DNA of 64,000 nucleotides from Candidatus Borrarchaeum weybense (lineage in GTDB: Archaea > Asgardarchaeota > Sifarchaeia > Borrarchaeales > Borrarchaeaceae): the NCBI GenBank assembly GCA_019057385.1, contig JAHQJS010000007.1, forward strand, positions 224,001 through 288,000. Reading direction: 5' to 3'. Under the pieces are notes generated by a model. It did not search any database. It was not told where the DNA came from and was given only the letters and a program-made list of their open reading frames with translations. Every line of letters begins with the position of its first letter. Within the stretch, counting starts at the first letter, position 1. Position numbers and translations under genes: made by a program. This document shows positions 61,854 through 64,000 of the stretch, in pieces.

Positions 61854-61973
61854 GATAAGAAGGTTTTCTCATTAGCATATATAAATTCTTATTGATGCAA
61901 TGTTAACTCTTTGCTTTCATTATAGCAGTTTCATAATCTTTTTGAATCAATTTGATAATTTAATTTTGGAGGT

Positions 61974-63638
61974 ATGACACTGGACGACATAATTTCCACA
62001 GATGTTCTTGTAGTAGGCGCGGGAGGAGCAGGTATTCGTGCAGCACTGGAAGCTTCAAAGTATGCAGAAATAGACGTGACTCTGATTGCAAAAACGTTAC
62101 CTGGGAAAAGTGGCTGTACCGTCATGGCTGAAGGTGGTTACAATGCAGCACTATGCAATGTTGATTCGGCGGATAGTATCGAATCCCATTTTCAGGATAC
62201 GGTTTCGGGAGGATCTTACGTAAATAATGAACGACTCGTACGTATTTTGGTAGAAAATGCCCCTGCTCGTATTTTGGAGTTGGAAAATAACGGTGCATTG
62301 TTTTACAGAACTTCTGAGGGTAAAATCGATCAAAGAGCATTTGGTCGTCAAAGTTATAAAAGGACCTGTTACTCTGGTGATCGCACAGGCGGGGAAATTA
62401 TGGTTACCTTAGTGGATCTATTGCGATCAAGTAATGTTCGCTTTATTAGAGGTGCAGCTGTCGATCTCCTATTAGATGGAAATAAAGTAACTGGTGTAGC
62501 GGCTTTCAATCCAGAAGGCGCAAAGTTTTTCTTAATCCGATCTAAAACTGTCATACTGGCGACGGGCGGTGGCTGTCGGATATATAAAGTAACTACAAAC
62601 TCCTTTCAAGGTACTGGAGACGGATATGCTATCGGATACCGTGCTGGTGCTGAATTGATCGGTATGGAGTTTATTCAATTTCATCCGACAGGTATGGTTT
62701 TCCCAGACTCCGCCAAAGGTATTCTAGTGACGGAAGCAGTGCGTGCAGAAGGAGGTATTCTTTTGAACAACTTGGGTGAGCGGTTTATGGAGAAATATGC
62801 CCCCGACAGGATGGAATTAGCAGGAAGAGATGTTGTTGCTCGTGCTATCTATAGAGAAATTCGTGCTGGGCGGCATACACCTCATAATGGAGTTTATCTT
62901 TCTCTTCAAAACTTATCTCCTGATTTCATAGAAGAACGTCTTCCTCAGACTTTAGAACAGTTTAGAGACTTATCAGGGGTTGATATTACTAAGGAACAAA
63001 TGGAAGTTTCGCCGACAGCACATCATGTAATGGGTGGACTTCACATATCTGAAAAGACGGAAACAACTATAAAAGGACTCTTTGCAGCCGGAGAAGTAAC
63101 TGGAGGAATTCATGGAGCAAATAGATTGGGTGGAAACTCTCTTGCAGACCTTCAAGTTTTCGGATACATAGCTGGACATAATGCTGCCCAATATTCACTT
63201 GAATCATCACTGGGCAAAATACCTGATGAACAAATTACTCAAATTCATAAGGTGGTAATCTCCCCCCTGCAATCCAAGCAAGATGGAATGCGCCCTTCTC
63301 AAATCAGACATAACTTAGAGGAATTAATGTGGACAAAAGTTGGTATCCTTAGGAATAAGAAAAACTTAACACAGGCCTTAGAGAATATTCAAAGATTAAA
63401 ATCGATACCCATGAAAATAGTTAACCAAAACACCACATACGCTTATGAACAGCTTGAAGCTTTACAAGTTAGGAACATGCTAATAGTTGCAGAAATAGTA
63501 GTTAAGGCAGCCCTTTTCAGAGAAGAGAGTCGAGGTGCACATTTCCGAGAAGATTTTCCTGAAACACTCCCATCATGGAGGAAAAATATAATAATCTCGA
63601 AGGAAAACATTCATACAGTTCCTGTTGTGGTTTTGTAG
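61974..63638 (+). CDS. Fumarate reductase/succinate dehydrogenase flavoprotein (TfrA-like)
   Basis: GAGGAG, QFHPT, EAVRAEG, HHVMGG, HGANRLGGNSL, ESRGAH. SGCTVMAEGG lacks the covalent-FAD His, as in TfrA. Confidence 0.9.
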   Translation: MTLDDIISTDVLVVGAGGAGIRAALEASKYAEIDVTLIAKTLPGKSGCTVMAEGGYNAALCNVDSADSIESHFQDTVSGGSYVNNERLVRILVENAPARILELENNGALFYRTSEGKIDQRAFGRQSYKRTCYSGDRTGGEIMVTLVDLLRSSNVRFIRGAAVDLLLDGNKVTGVAAFNPEGAKFFLIRSKTVILATGGGCRIYKVTTNSFQGTGDGYAIGYRAGAELIGMEFIQFHPTGMVFPDSAKGILVTEAVRAEGGILLNNLGERFMEKYAPDRMELAGRDVVARAIYREIRAGRHTPHNGVYLSLQNLSPDFIEERLPQTLEQFRDLSGVDITKEQMEVSPTAHHVMGGLHISEKTETTIKGLFAAGEVTGGIHGANRLGGNSLADLQVFGYIAGHNAAQYSLESSLGKIPDEQITQIHKVVISPLQSKQDGMRPSQIRHNLEELMWTKVGILRNKKNLTQALENIQRLKSIPMKIVNQNTTYAYEQLEALQVRNMLIVAEIVVKAALFREESRGAHFREDFPETLPSWRKNIIISKENIHTVPVVVL

Positions 63639-64000
63639 ATGAAAGAAACAGTTAAATTAAAAATTTGGCGATTTGACCCCCAGAAGGAAACTCATGGTCA
63701 TTGGCAAGATTTTGAAGTTCCATATAACGAAGGGATGAGGGTGCTCGATGCACTGTGGCACATCTATGAAGAGATCGACCCTACCCTTGCGTTTCGGTTT
63801 GGATGTCGCGCTGGGCAGTGCGGCTCATGTGCTATGATAATTAATGGCAAACCAGAACTTTCCTGCAAAACTGAATTATTACCCGACAAGGAATATGCTT
63901 TGGAACCGCTCCCTACCTTTGCAATTACCAAAGATTTGGCTGTTGATTTCACAGAACCTTTCGAGAAAATGAAAGAAATACGTTCAGATTTTGCAAAAGC
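63639..64000 (+). CDS. Fumarate reductase/SDH iron-sulfur subunit, truncated by window end
   Basis: MKETVKLKIWRFDP...GCRAGQCGSCAMIING...SC [2Fe-2S] motif; absent from the ORF track because it has no stop in the window. Confidence 0.9.
   Translation, partial: MKETVKLKIWRFDPQKETHGHWQDFEVPYNEGMRVLDALWHIYEEIDPTLAFRFGCRAGQCGSCAMIINGKPELSCKTELLPDKEYALEPLPTFAITKDLAVDFTEPFEKMKEIRSDFAK

Overview
AT-rich archaeal chromosome segment, probably Asgard archaeon-like. This is an inference from PSTK plus an archaeal/eukaryote-type SelB, a longin/uDENN-like motif, a class III signal peptide pilin, a TrmB regulator and TATA-type promoters. Left end: an edge-truncated longin-like ORF, a membrane-anchored HerA/VirB4-like ATPase and a small pilin. 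Next come aconitase and redox genes, glycogen genes, and a 10-gene complex-I-like group 4 [NiFe]-hydrogenase operon. These are followed by class II FBA, a P3A H+-ATPase, TrmB, DUF1116, a solo CydA-like/USP/ABC operon and a triple zinc-finger protein. The right part holds peptidases and aminotransferases, pstK-selB, larA and a fumarate reductase/SDH pair. Two non-coding signals stand out. (1) Nine copies of a 24-bp palindromic operator, TGT(T/G)ACTG-N8-CAGTCACA, lie between 16.6 and 46.0 kb, each abutting a TATA-like box; they define a candidate energy/carbon regulon around the TrmB gene. (2) Four ORF-less IS200/IS605-derived mini-elements (three complete, one partial) keep the end hairpins, a TATA-like box and a structured omega/reRNA-like scaffold; one of them cleanly interrupts a DUF2225-like gene. 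No rRNA, complete tRNA or CRISPR array was seen.
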